Source of the DNA: Octopus sinensis
Lineage: Eukaryota
Direction of reading: 5' to 3'
Assembly: GCF_006345805.1 (NCBI RefSeq)
Contig: NC_043004.1
Location: 8,494,001-8,558,000, forward strand
Length of the DNA stretch: 64,000 bases
Of the stretch, positions 25,740 through 37,797 are shown piece after piece. Each line of letters opens with the position of its first letter. Position 1 is the first letter of the stretch. The notes under the pieces were generated by a model. It did not search any database and had not been told where the DNA came from. It saw nothing but the letters and a program-made list of their open reading frames with translations. Both the position numbers and the translations under genes were made by a program.

Positions 25740-26420
25740 GTCACGAACACTCGTGTAAAAACGGCCCTTCGTGGTGCCTGGTAGAACATATCTTGCAGCC
25801 TTGGATCAAACATAGATCGAAGAAGGACACCTGGCACCTGGAGTGCCACTTGGCGCTCACAACCCTCCTTCACTCTAGCGATGCGGTCGGTAGATGTTCA
25901 ACGTCATCGAGGAAACTGAACGTCGATGAAAATCCCTGGCTGGTCTTTTCCGGAGGTCTTTCGGGCCAGAGTTCGCAGAAAGTTTCCAGAAATATCCTGG
26001 TCTCGAAGTGCACCTGGTTTGATATAAGCACTACAGGTATGTTAGTACCATCGACTGAACCTGAACGAGATGCATGAGGGCGGCGAATCTGTCCTGCACG
26101 CATTTTATTCAGTGTTCGAACATTGGTGACATGTGGGGTTATGTGGAACAGCTGCTATTACGTGGAGAACGGTTCCAACTCTCGGTCGAGTCTTCAGTGA
26201 AGATTGTCCTACCACCTTCCTTTGGTGAGGAAATGAAGATAGTTTTCCTCTGGTGGCTCTGTCTGGTCGTATTGATGACGGACACAGTTGAAAAGGTTGA
26301 AGAATGACACTTTCTTTTGTAACCAAGCCGTCATTGTCTTTTCCAAGTTCCGCTTGGGTAGAAAAGTGAGAGTGGAGAGGAAGGTGCTTCCCACCAGCAA
26401 GAAATGCAGTGAGAATGCCC
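25740..26420 (+). mobile_element. Tx1/L1-clade LINE ORF2 C-terminal fragment, degenerate
   Basis: Frames give a CCHC-like knuckle remnant (...HFIQCSNIGDMWGYVEQLL), SVESSVKIVLPPS and RKVRVERKVL. Assignment is by resemblance only. Confidence 0.6.
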
Positions 26421-26909
26421 TGAGTGAATGAATTTACTCTAAACCCGTCGAATGTGTGTGTGTGTGTGTGTGTGTGTGTGATTGTGTGTGCGCGTGCGTG
26501 TTTGTAACTGTTTCCTCATACCGCTTGATAACCGGTGTTGTATCTTTTACGCCCCCGTAACTTAGCTATTCGGCGAAAGAGACCTATCGGGTAAGTACTG
26601 GGCTCGACTTGTTCGACTAGACTGTTGAAGGTGACGCCCTAGCATGGCCGCAGTCCAATGACTGAAACAAGTGAAACCTACCACATTTTCCCAGTATAAT
26701 CTTTAGGTATTTTGGTCTTCATTCCTTTACTGTTATTAAACAAACCTAATTGTCTTATGAGATTCATTTTTTTACGCAGATATTTTTAAATTCCTCCCTC
26801 AGGAATATCACAACCTCAAGAAATGGATGTAGGTGGTGGTATAGTTTCCCAATTTGTATGTTTCTTTAATTCTCTTTAGAGACCTCATTGTACACTTTTG
26901 GAACGTAAG

Positions 26910-26989
<80 letters not shown>

Positions 26990-27556
26990 CAATCTCCATC
27001 ACTTTCACCATACAACCATTTTACACACACTTTATCCATTAGGATGTCTTTAATAGTTTTGTTTCTCCAACAAATCATAAACATTACAAACCCTGTCACC
27101 CTGCCCCCTACAACGACTATTTCCGTGTCATTTACCTTCGGTTATTCACCTTCCCTTCACTTTCCTCCCTCGGAACCCATCATTTCTGCCATTAACTCGA
27201 TCTACCATTTCACTTCTCTCGTCATTCCCACCAACCAAATCCATCATCATTATTACATTTACCACCCCTAACCACCACCACCACCACCACCACCACCACC
27301 ACCACCACCACCACCACCACAACCACCACCACCATCACCACAACCACCACCACCACGACCATCGTCACCACCACCTCAGCTACCATTACTAATAACAAAT
27401 ATTAACAAACGTCCGTTTCTCTTAACATAAATGCCGTCGGTATCATCGTAAACAATAGCTTTACAAACAACCACCGCACTATCCGAACACTGCCTCACAC
27501 CAACACCACTACGGCCTCAACCACCATTACCATCTCATCCTCCTTTTCATCACCAC

Positions 27557-27589
<33 letters not shown>

Positions 27590-28017
27590 TCATCACCATC
27601 ATCAGAATCATCAACATCATCACTACTTTCATTGTATACATCATCGCCATTATTCTCTGAAATATTGATCCCTGTAATCCGTACCACAACTCTAATATTT
27701 GTGACTGCTCGATCATCACCCACGAAACCCATATGCAACTAAATTCAGCGCCCAAAAACCCATCGTCTGCCATTTTACCCAGTGGTTAACTCCAGTTAAA
27801 CTATTCATTAAACCCCAACACTAACAATAAGACGTTCAGGCTCGTCCTTAACTGACCACCACTACAGTCACCACTAAAGATCGTCAAACCGTAAGTGAGA
27901 AATTATACACAACCTTACGATCTGCTAGAAATATCAACCAAATCTCATATATATATATGCATATATATAAGAGATATATATATATATATGTATGTATATA
28001 TATATATATAATATATA

Positions 28018-28067
<50 letters not shown>

Positions 28068-28221
28068 TATATATACACACATACATATATATATTACACA
28101 CACATACATATATATATATATATATTACACACATACATATATATACATATATATATATATATATTATATATATATATATATATATACACATACATATATA
28201 TACACATACATATACATATAT

Positions 28222-28385
28222 ACGACGGGCTTCTTTCAGTTTCCGTCCACCAAATCCACTCACAAGGTTTTGGTCGGCCCGAGGCTATAATAAAAGACAC
28301 TTGCCCAAGGTGCAACGAAGTGGGACTGAACCCAGAACCATGGGGCTGGTAATCAAGCCACTTACCAAACAGCCACTCCTGTGCC
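28222..28385 (-). mobile_element. SINE family B, 5' half
   Basis: ACGACGGGCTTCTTTCAGTTTCCGTC...ACAGCCACTCCT. Confidence 0.85.
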
Positions 28386-29075
28386 TGTATATATATATTA
28401 TACCACATCGTCTTGAATAAAGGACACAACCGATAACACACAAAATAGCGGATGGTATTTTCCCCATAGTTCTGTGCAATCAAGATTGACCTAGAGCTAA
28501 ATATCCCCACCACCACCACCACCACCACACCACCACCACCACCACCACCACCACCACCACACCACCACCACCACCACCACCACCACCACCACCAGCCCAC
28601 CACCACCTCCACTATTATGATCATGATCATAATCACCTTCGTCATGGTCATCCTCGTCATCATCGTCGTCGTCGTCGTAGTCCATGTCGTTGTTGTCGTC
28701 CATTGCCCTTATACCCATCACCATAACAACAACAACATTATCTGCCACCGTAATCTCTCATATCTATCGCCATTATCACCGTTAATTCTCTGGTTTTTAC
28801 TTACTCCAGTTGGTTGAACGAACCCTATATATTGCTGTTCTATGCGAAAAGGAAGAGTATTAATAGCGCAAATGCTTTGACGCCAGCAAGGTGGTTCCTA
28901 CGTGAAATGAAGCCGAGCGGAGAAGTTGTTTGAGTCAAAATGACGTTTATTCTAGCATTGGGGACATTCCGCTCTTACCACTTTTGATTTATGCTCTTTG
29001 ATAAACACAATTTTGATTATCAATATGTATGTATATATTTACCTATACACACACATATATATATACACATACATA

Positions 29076-29121
<46 letters not shown>

Positions 29122-29270
29122 ATATATATACATATATGTATATATATATATACAATATATTCGTGCTTATAGAGATATAAATGTATAGACATATGATAAC
29201 ACTTACACACACGCACATATATATACATACATACATATATACATACACATACACATACACGCATACGCAT

Positions 29271-29744
29271 ATTTAATTCACCGGTTTCACTCTTTGGAAA
29301 AAGATTGTCAAAAGTAACATGTAGAAGTTTGGTTGCGTTAATTATTGGTTGTTACAAATTGCTACATTACATATATACAGTCTTTGGTAACAAGGACATG
29401 TTAAGGACATAAAAAAAGTTTCACAAGGTCCTTATTGAGAATGATTATTTATGTAGTAATCTTTTGTGCCCAATATTTTAAGGAACTTGTTAAACTTTTT
29501 TATGTCCTTAACATGTCCTTGTCACCAAAGATTGTATATATGTAATGTAGCAATTTGTAACAACCAATAATTAACGCAACCAAACTTCTACATGTTACTT
29601 TTGACAACCTTTTTCCAAAGAGTGAAACCGGTGAAGTAAATAAACATCTTTTAAAATTGCATTTTCAAACTTCTTTCGTATATAATTCCACTCGTGCGGT
29701 ACCCTACAACTCCACTTTGTTATATATATATATATATTATATAT

Positions 29745-29793
<49 letters not shown>

Positions 29794-30318
29794 ACAAAGT
29801 GGAGTTGTGGGGTACCGCACGAGTGGAATTATATACGAAAGAAGGTTTGAAAATGCAATTTAAAAGATGTTTATTTACTTTACCGGTTTCACTCTTTGGA
29901 AAAAGATTGTCAAAAGTAACATGTAGAAGTTTGGTTGCGTTAATTATTGGTTGTTACAAATTGCTACATTACATATATACAGTCTTTGGTAACAAGGACA
30001 TGTTAAGGACATAAAAAAAGTTTCACAAGGTCCTTATTGAGAATGATTATTATGTAGTAATCTTTTGTGCCAATATTTTAAGGAACTGTTAAACTTTTTT
30101 ATGTCCTTAACATGTCCTTGTCACCAAAGATTGTATATATGTAATGTAGCAATTTGTAACAACCAATAATTAACGCAACCAAACTTCTACATGTTACTTT
30201 TGACAACCTTTTTCCAAAGAGTGAAAACGGTGAAGTAAATAAACATCTTTTAAAATTGCATTTTCAAACCTTCTTTCGTATATAATTCCACTCGTGCGGT
30301 ACCCTACAACTCCACTTG

Positions 30319-30372
<54 letters not shown>

Positions 30373-30690
30373 TATATATATAATATATATATAACAAAGT
30401 GGAGTTGTGGGGTACCGCACGAGTGGAATTATATACGAAAGAAGGTTTGAAAATGCAATTTAAAAGATGTTTATTTACTTTACCGGTTTCACTCTTTGGA
30501 AAAAGATTGTCAAAAGTAACATGTGGAAGTTTGGTTGCGTTAATTATTGGTTGTTGCAAATTGCTACATTACATATATATATACAGTCTTTGGTAACAGG
30601 GACATGTTAAGGACATAAAAAAGTTCAACAAGTTCCTTAAAATATTGGGCAAAAAAGATTACATAAATAATCGTTCTCAAGGACATACTT
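29271..30690. repeat. Alternating inverted array (+,-,+,-,+) of a ~245-290 bp unit, hinged on two (TA)n tracts; 600-bp period
   Basis: Unit start TAACAAAGTGGAGTTGTGGGGTACCGCACGAGTGG at 29792 and 30392; reverse complements end at 29722 and 30321; fold junctions at GTCCTT 29428-29433 and 30030-30035. Confidence 0.95.
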
Positions 30691-31452
30691 AAGATAGTTT
30701 CCAGAAGGAATTGATATTGGTACTGTATCTGTATATTCAAACATGCACAGAATATTGGTTGACACAGAGTACTATATAAATATACAGTCTTTGGTGACAA
30801 CAGTATGTTGAGAATATAAAATAGTTTAACAAGCTCATTGAAAAAATGGGCAGAAAAGATTAAAACAAATATATTATACATCTCAGGGTAATTTCCAGTA
30901 GGAATTATTAAAAAAAGTTCAGTATAAACATACAGAATATTATGAGTTCAAAAAGATTTACATTATTGTAGTGGTGAGGTTGTCACTAACCTGTCCGTTT
31001 TAGCAGAAATGTGGAATTGAAAAGAATGTACGCGTCTTTTTCTTTTTTGGCTCTCCTTCAAGCATCAATGATTTTGGGGTTAGGATGAGGTGAATATGTG
31101 TGTCTCTGTGTGTATGTGTGTGTGCATACATATACATGTGGTGTGAATAGATGTGTCTGTGTGTCTGTAGTATTTGGTCGGATGGTGTCTGTTTGTCAAC
31201 CGCGTGTGTGGTTGTCATGGTGTTGTGCGTGTGTGTGTGTGTGCGCGTGTACGCATGTATGTGTGTGTATGGCATTTGACATGGTGCTGCGTGTGTATAT
31301 ATGTGCCTGTATGGAGGTGAGATTGGTGTGAGTGTGTGCGTCCCTGTGTGCGTGCACATACACGTATACATGTGTCTGTGTGTGTGGGGGGGGGCTGTTT
31401 TTGATTGGTTCCAGGGTGGTGTAAATAGATGTGTGTCGTTTAAAGAATTATG

Positions 31453-31491
<39 letters not shown>

Positions 31492-32569
31492 AGAAGGTTG
31501 AAAAGGAACACACCAGTTGATATGTATAAGGAATATAATAAGACAAGGTAGGAAATGCTAAAATAATAGTACCGGTTTCAGTCTTTGTGACTTTTTTCAA
31601 CTTAGAGTAAAGCATGAAAAACAATTAAATTGTGGAAAAATTAAATGAAATGTTTTTCTTAAATATTTCCATAGTTTTCAAATGCAAGAAACATTTTCCT
31701 TTTTTCTCTCTGTCTCTCTTTTTTTACTTTTGTTAAGATTCGGTAGGTAGGTAGGTAGGTAGGTAGGTAAGTTGGCTGGTAGGTAGGTTGGTAGGTAGGT
31801 AGGTGGGTAGGTAGGTAAGTAGGTAGGTAGGTAGGTAGGTGGGTATGTATGTATGTATGTATGCATGTATGTATGTATGTATGTATGTATGTATGTATGT
31901 ATGTATGTAGGTAGGTAGTAGCAGATATGAAGAAGCATTTAATATGAGGGATGTTGGTTCTGGATTTTGATTATTTAAGCAGCAGTGGCCGAGGAAGGAG
32001 ACGTAGAAGAAGAAGAAGAAGAAGAAGAAGAAGAAGAAGAAGAAGAAGAAGAAGAAGAAGAAGAAGAAGAAGAAGACAGGAGTGGTATGACAGCAGTTGA
32101 ATGTTCGTGGAATCTTTTTAATGGTCAAGTGACCTAAAAGTGACCTGTTGTGGTTGTAGCAGTAGTAATTGGAATTATTCTAAATAAATTCATGGATAGT
32201 GATTATTCTGAATATTTCGTTTTTAATACTTATAATAGTGTTATTTGCAGTGGACGCATTGAAAAGGGGTCTATATTGTGTGATGCAATAAGATTTATAG
32301 AAGTGAAAAATTTTGAAGTTAAGTTGTTCATTAGGGGCGCAAGTGTCGATGTATTCGCTTAATGCTATATTTCTGTATTCCCGAATTTTAATCTGGGATC
32401 TATGTAGGGTCATCCTTTGGCGTAGACTGTTTCTGGTTTGGCCAATTAACTTAAATCATGTAAAAATATACTGGAAAAATGTTTTTTCCATTCATACAAA
32501 CAGATGTGTGTGCATGTATACTTTTCATAAAATTCTTTACTGCTACTACTACTACTACTACTACTACTA

Positions 32570-32605
<36 letters not shown>

Positions 32606-32639
32606 CAACAACAACAACAACAATAACGAGCACTTAGCG

Positions 32640-32978
32640 CAAACCTCCGCCAAGACAACGCCAATGTCCTCTCAACGATTAGCCAGAGATGATTTTTAAA
32701 AGGAGAATATCTGAAATAAACTCGACTGCTCTCACAAACGAGAATACTAAAAATGAACCCGACCGCACTCAAAAATTAAGTAAAAAAGGCAGGAATAATA
32801 ATCCAGAAACCTTGTCCGGTAGCAGATCGATCCCAAAATCTAATCAGTTCGTGCCAGTTCTGAGGCCAAACAACCCTGAAAGTTTCATCCGAATCCATTC
32901 AGCGGTTCTTGAGTTATCTTGTCTATGGTCAAACAAACACGAATGAAAACAATACCTCCGCCGTCGCTACGGCGAAGA
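32640..32978 (+). mobile_element. Helentron/HINE-like non-autonomous rolling-circle element
   Basis: ACCTCCGCC at both ends (32643, 32954) and a 3' hairpin CGCCGT-CGCT-ACGGCG. Classification is by architecture only. Confidence 0.5.
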
Positions 32979-32989
32979 ACCAATTGCAT

Positions 32990-33327
32990 CAAATACTGAA
33001 TAGGCAAAACATTAGAAAGTGACAAATGCAGAATTTGTAGACAAAATGGTGAAACCGTATGGCATATTACCAGTCAATGTACGCCACTAACCCAGAAAGA
33101 ATATAAGAGATGTCATGACAATATTGCAAGGATTGTCCATTGGACACTTTGCCACAAGTATGGACTTGAGAGAGCAAAAAAGTGATGCTAGCATAAACCC
33201 GAAGGCATCACCGAAATGATAATGCAAAGATCCTATGAGAATTTACGATTCAGTGCGACAATGAACCAGACATAGTGTTGAGAAAGAGAGCAAACGATGC
33301 TGGATCATAGATATAGCATGCCCAGCT
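32990..33327 (+). mobile_element. R4/Dong-like LINE fragment (CCHC knuckle and start of RLE)
   Basis: KCRICRQNGETVWHITSQCTPLTQKEYKRCHDNIARIVHWTLCHKYG, then PDIV and CWIIDIACP. Confidence 0.88.
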
Positions 33328-33540
33328 TTCGCAAGCCAGGAAGAGGTCGAAACTGACATTTCAGAGCTGTTCGCTTTGAAACCAAGAGTGTTACATTGAT
33401 GGGATTAAAAAGCTTGTAAATAGATGGAAAGTAGTCATAGATAATCAGGGTAAGTACATTGATGATTAAATTTCAATTAAATAAAACATTTGATCACTTG
33501 TTTTCTTTATTAAAAATTCGGACAGAACTTATGGGGATGA

Positions 33541-33547
<7 letters not shown>
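33328..33547 (+). mobile_element. mariner transposon 3' fragment with right TIR
   Basis: FASQEEVETDISELF...DGIKKLVNRWKVVIDNQGKYIDD*, followed by TIR-like CGGACAGAACTTATGGGGATGATCTGATA and (TA)n. Confidence 0.8.
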
Positions 33548-33604
<57 letters not shown>

Positions 33605-33840
33605 AAGGAAAGGAATTCCTTCAAAAGGGATGTGTGAAACATTCAATTCACTGATACGTCATTTGAATACCACATAAATATGGTTGTAAGGCAAATTACA
33701 AACAATAAATTAAATAGAGAAGTACAACTGGCAATCCAATAATTTATTTATATTATAATATAACAATACCCTATGAATAAAAAATATAATATGATATAAT
33801 ATAATATAAGGGAACATAAAAAATCATCAAAATACCAAAA

Positions 33841-33914
33841 TAGCCAACAATTTGTTTCGACTTATTTTTTGATATATAAACAATTCGGTTCACTTATATG
33901 TCTCATCAGAGCTA
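33841..33914 (-). ncRNA. Type I hammerhead ribozyme motif (GUU triplet)
   Basis: Minus strand: UAGCU-CUGAUGA-GAC-[38-nt loop]-GUC-GAAA-C-AAAUU-G-UU-GGCUA. Helix I is 5 bp (one G-U) and helix II is 3 bp. Confidence 0.65.
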
Positions 33915-34309
33915 AGGTTTAAAGATAGACGAAATTCTGTGTGAAAGAACGGCTGGATTGTAAAAAAAAATTAAATAACAATTACAATTAAAAATAACAC
34001 ACAATCACGCACACACATACACACACATAGCCATTAATGCAGTTATATACATACACACACATAGGCACTCATTCACAAAAGAAAACAACAAAATCACCAT
34101 TCATTTGACCCGCACCCTTTTACCTTCCTATTCTTAGGTCTCTCTCCTCCAAACTTGTTTGAACCCTTGAACCTTCTAGAATCTTCTACATTCAACCATT
34201 TTTGACGTCACTGCTTATTAAGGAATATTTTAAAGAAACACGCATTATCGCTATGGGCTCCGTGTGGGCAGTCATCTAAAAGTTTTTTTGTGCATCTTGA
34301 TGCTGACAT

Positions 34310-34419
34310 AAATTCCTTACTTTTCCTGATGAGAAGGCGGCATAATGCACCCCTTATTCCTTCGAAATTAGGAATATGCAGCCTTCGAAACATATGTCGA
34401 AAATAAAATAAAGGAATTT
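34310..34419 (+). ncRNA. Type I hammerhead ribozyme, complete core, GUC triplet
   Basis: UUUUC(34321-25)-CUGAUGA(34326-32)-GAAGGC...GCCUUC(34381-86)-GAAA-CAUAUG-UC(34397-98)-GAAAA(34399-403). Distal helix I: AAAUUCCUU(34310-18)/AAGGAAUUU(34411-19). Confidence 0.88.
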
Positions 34420-34630
34420 TGTTAATTCGTCGTTCAACTCCATTCTTTCATTTATTTGTATTAAAAAAAGACACACAAATTTCCACACGATAGCACGTGA
34501 TCTCTGCCCTAGGCATGTAGCTTCAACCGTGTTTTTCTGACGTGAATTTGCTACCCAGGTATCGGTTGACCGAATTATCCATAATAAGATAATTCATTCA
34601 AATACTCAATTATTTATATGTATGTATATA

Positions 34631-34700
<70 letters not shown>

Positions 34701-34766
34701 GGTCCCGGGTTGATTCGGGGTTAACCACAGTAAATAAGGTACTCAATACATAGCAGAGTAAAATTA

Positions 34767-34899
34767 ATTTATTATATAGAAGGAGCTTCTACAGGACTAG
34801 AACTGTTTCATTCAAGAGAAATCTTCAGGAAGCTCAGAGCTTCCTGAAGATTTCTCTTGAATGAAACAGTTCTAGTCCTGTAGAAGCTCCTTCTATATA

Positions 34900-34905
<6 letters not shown>
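34767..34905. repeat. Perfect palindrome: 69-bp arms with a 1-nt centre (A34836)
   Basis: Arms checked base by base as exact reverse complements. Each arm contains a hammerhead-like CTGAAGA...GAAAC...GTC. Confidence 0.97.
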
Positions 34906-34945
<40 letters not shown>

Positions 34946-35200
34946 GGTGGAGGCGCGTGGCTTAGTGGTTAGGGTGTCAGCATCATGATCGTAAGATTGT
35001 GGTTTCGATTCCTGGACCGGGCGATGCGTTGTGTTCTTGAGCAAAACACTTCAGTTCACGTTGCTCCAGTCCACTCAGCTGGCAAAAATGAGTAACGCTG
35101 CGATGGACTGGCGTCCCGTCCAGCTGGGGAACACATACGCCATAGAAACCGAGAAACGGTGCCCATGAACCTGGCTTTGCTTTAAAAGGGCGCATTTATT
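34946..35200 (+). mobile_element. SINE family D copy (tRNA head plus core TTCTTGAGCAAAACACT...CCACTCAGCTG)
   Basis: A-box TGGCTTAGTGG and B-box GGTTTCGATTCC; related copies at 39300(-), 49530(+) and 60690(-). Confidence 0.82.
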
Positions 35201-35218
35201 TTAAAAGAAAAAAAGGAA

Positions 35219-35510
35219 TCGCAATGCCTCAGTGGTTAGGGCAGGGGACTCGCGGTTTCGATTCCCAGACCGGGCGTTGTGAGTGTTTATTGAGCGAAAA
35301 CAGCTAAAGCTCCACGAGGCTCCGGCAGGGGGTGGTGGCGATCCCTGCTGTACTCTTTCGCCACAACTTTCTCTCACTCTTTCTTCTGTTGGCCTGCTCG
35401 CTTAGCCAGCGGGGTGGCGTCATTTGAAGACTAAAACAATGCGAAGCGCATTGTGACCAGCGATGTGTAGCAACATCTGATAGCCTTGTCGGTCACAGTG
35501 ATCACGGGGA
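35219..35510 (+). mobile_element. SINE family C copy, tail type 3
   Basis: Same head and core as 25062, with an unrelated tail ending at (TA)n. Confidence 0.8.
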
Positions 35511-35517
35511 TATATAT

Positions 35518-35549
<32 letters not shown>

Positions 35550-35793
35550 CACTGCATCTATTTAATATCAGTGCAACGAAGACTAGCAAGATGAAGCCTT
35601 AATGTTATTGTCACCTCTTGTGAAAACAATAATAAGCATGTACTCTACAGAAAGTATTGTGTAATGTTAAATTGTATTTTTGTTATTACAAGTCAACAGA
35701 AAAGCAAACATTTTTGAGGTAATTAAGTTTAGTTACACTTAAAGTAGTGTTTTTTTGTAAAGCTACTGTCTTCTTCTTCTTCTTCTTCTTCTT

Positions 35794-35881
<88 letters not shown>

Positions 35882-37744
35882 ATCTTCACTTTTCACATAG
35901 TTATAGAACGGAAACGACCACTTGAAGTATGATGACCCTCAAGAATTAAAGATGTCATTTTGTTCAATAATGAGAAGCAGTGTCCTTATTAAGGACAGAG
36001 ATGGAATCAAAACAATCTTGTAATTAATTGACAATTGAAATAAATGAATGACAGGTTTTCTTACAATTTGAAAACATCGCTTCAAGAAGAACCAATCAGC
36101 CTCTTCTTCATTTTCTCATATTGTTTTTACTTGTATTGTTTCTATATGTTTGATACTATTTTTTTTCTTAATTTTCTATAAGTGCTATGTTCAAGTCGAG
36201 CACCTGTTGACCTCCACATTACAGTTTATTTGTCGTTGGATTTCGGGCATAAGGGCGCACTGAGCATTGGTCAGTGGATCCCACAGGTCTAGGGGTCTAA
36301 TTATGATCTATGTATGCTGTGTATTGCTGTCCATAAATAATTACTCCACAAGCCCTGCATTATTTGCCCGGAGGCCTGTAATACTTTTAAGATGGCCCCG
36401 TGACTGAGCCAACAGAGTAATAAAAACCTAAACAAACGGCCAATGGTTCCTGATCTGTTTATCATAGCTGTGTTGTTTCCTTGGTCAATACTCTGAAGTC
36501 ACAAATAATTTCATCTACCAAGCTGATGACTCTGCTACAGAACAGGAAATGTTCGCAGATGTAAGAAGCAGGAGCACCGTAAAATAGACCAGAGTTCGCT
36601 TTATTTTTAGTGCTGAGTTGAAAACTGCTAACAGGTTGAATTGAATGAGATGCGCAAAGAATATTTCGTCGATGCAGCATCCACTGAGTAGTCAATTGGT
36701 TCTAACTACAATTACCTGTCTAATTACAATTACCTGTCGGCAACGACCTCAAGAATATCCATGTAGTCATTTGACATGCTAGAAATAGAACCAAATCTCC
36801 CTAAAATTACATACTGCCATCTCAAAGGAATAAAGTACATGTTGTATAATAACGTACGCCTAGTTACAATACGACTGAAGAACAATGAACGATGCAATGG
36901 TCACGGCTGGAAGGCCTCCAGTCATAGGTATAGTCGGTTAGAGTTGGTCTTCTTTGCTATTACGTATGGGATACGACTTTTATTTTCAGGATCTCTGAGA
37001 ATGCTCTGTTGAAGGGAATTATCCCAAAATGGCTGCAATTGAGCAAACACCACTAAAGGCACCAAAGAACCAGGTTATGACACAAAACTTGTTGAAATCT
37101 GCAACACAAAACTTCGGAACACAAAGAGCCGGAACAAACAGCGCAAGACATTTCACCCGACTCTCAGTTCCCTCAAACCATCAATCCTGGAACAGTTATT
37201 TATTTTATCGACTCTGAAAGAAAGAAAAGCAAGGGTACCCTCGGCAGAATTTGAACTCAAACTGCAGAGAATCGGAACGAATACCACAAGGCCTTTTGTT
37301 CTCTATCTAATGAGTCTGATATGAAACACAACGACCTTCCGGCATGAAAAATCACGCAAATATAATCCAAAATTAAGTGCCCTCACTAAAACCTTCATTA
37401 TTAAAAGTATCATTGTGTTCTAATACAAAATATTAGAGGGAAATCAACAGCACAAAGCGTTTTAGTAAGCGCTCCGCCGACTCTATCATCCACCTGCCTC
37501 TTTACTGCTATCACACTGAATTGTGTTGTTCTTGGAGTTCTATAGCTACCTCTCAGTCACATATACACAGTCAAGAGTATTTTCCGTCTCACCGGACACT
37601 TTTCCCCATTACATATTTTCATCACTTGCTTTTGACCACGATTCCAAAGTTGAAGAAATCTAATTCCACTATCCGGCCTTAGTGCTTCAGACTTTCAGAA
37701 ACATCCGTACATAATACCTATTTCCAGTCACACACACACACACA

Positions 37745-37797
<53 letters not shown>

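Noticed and set aside
27840-27890. Branch point, acceptor and GTAAGT donor around a 51-nt segment
   Set aside because: Stops in all three frames; could be a UTR exon but cannot be distinguished from a pseudo-exon.
34946-35020. tRNA-like A and B boxes here and at other SINE heads
   Set aside because: They continue into SINE bodies and lack a complete cloverleaf; not tRNA genes.
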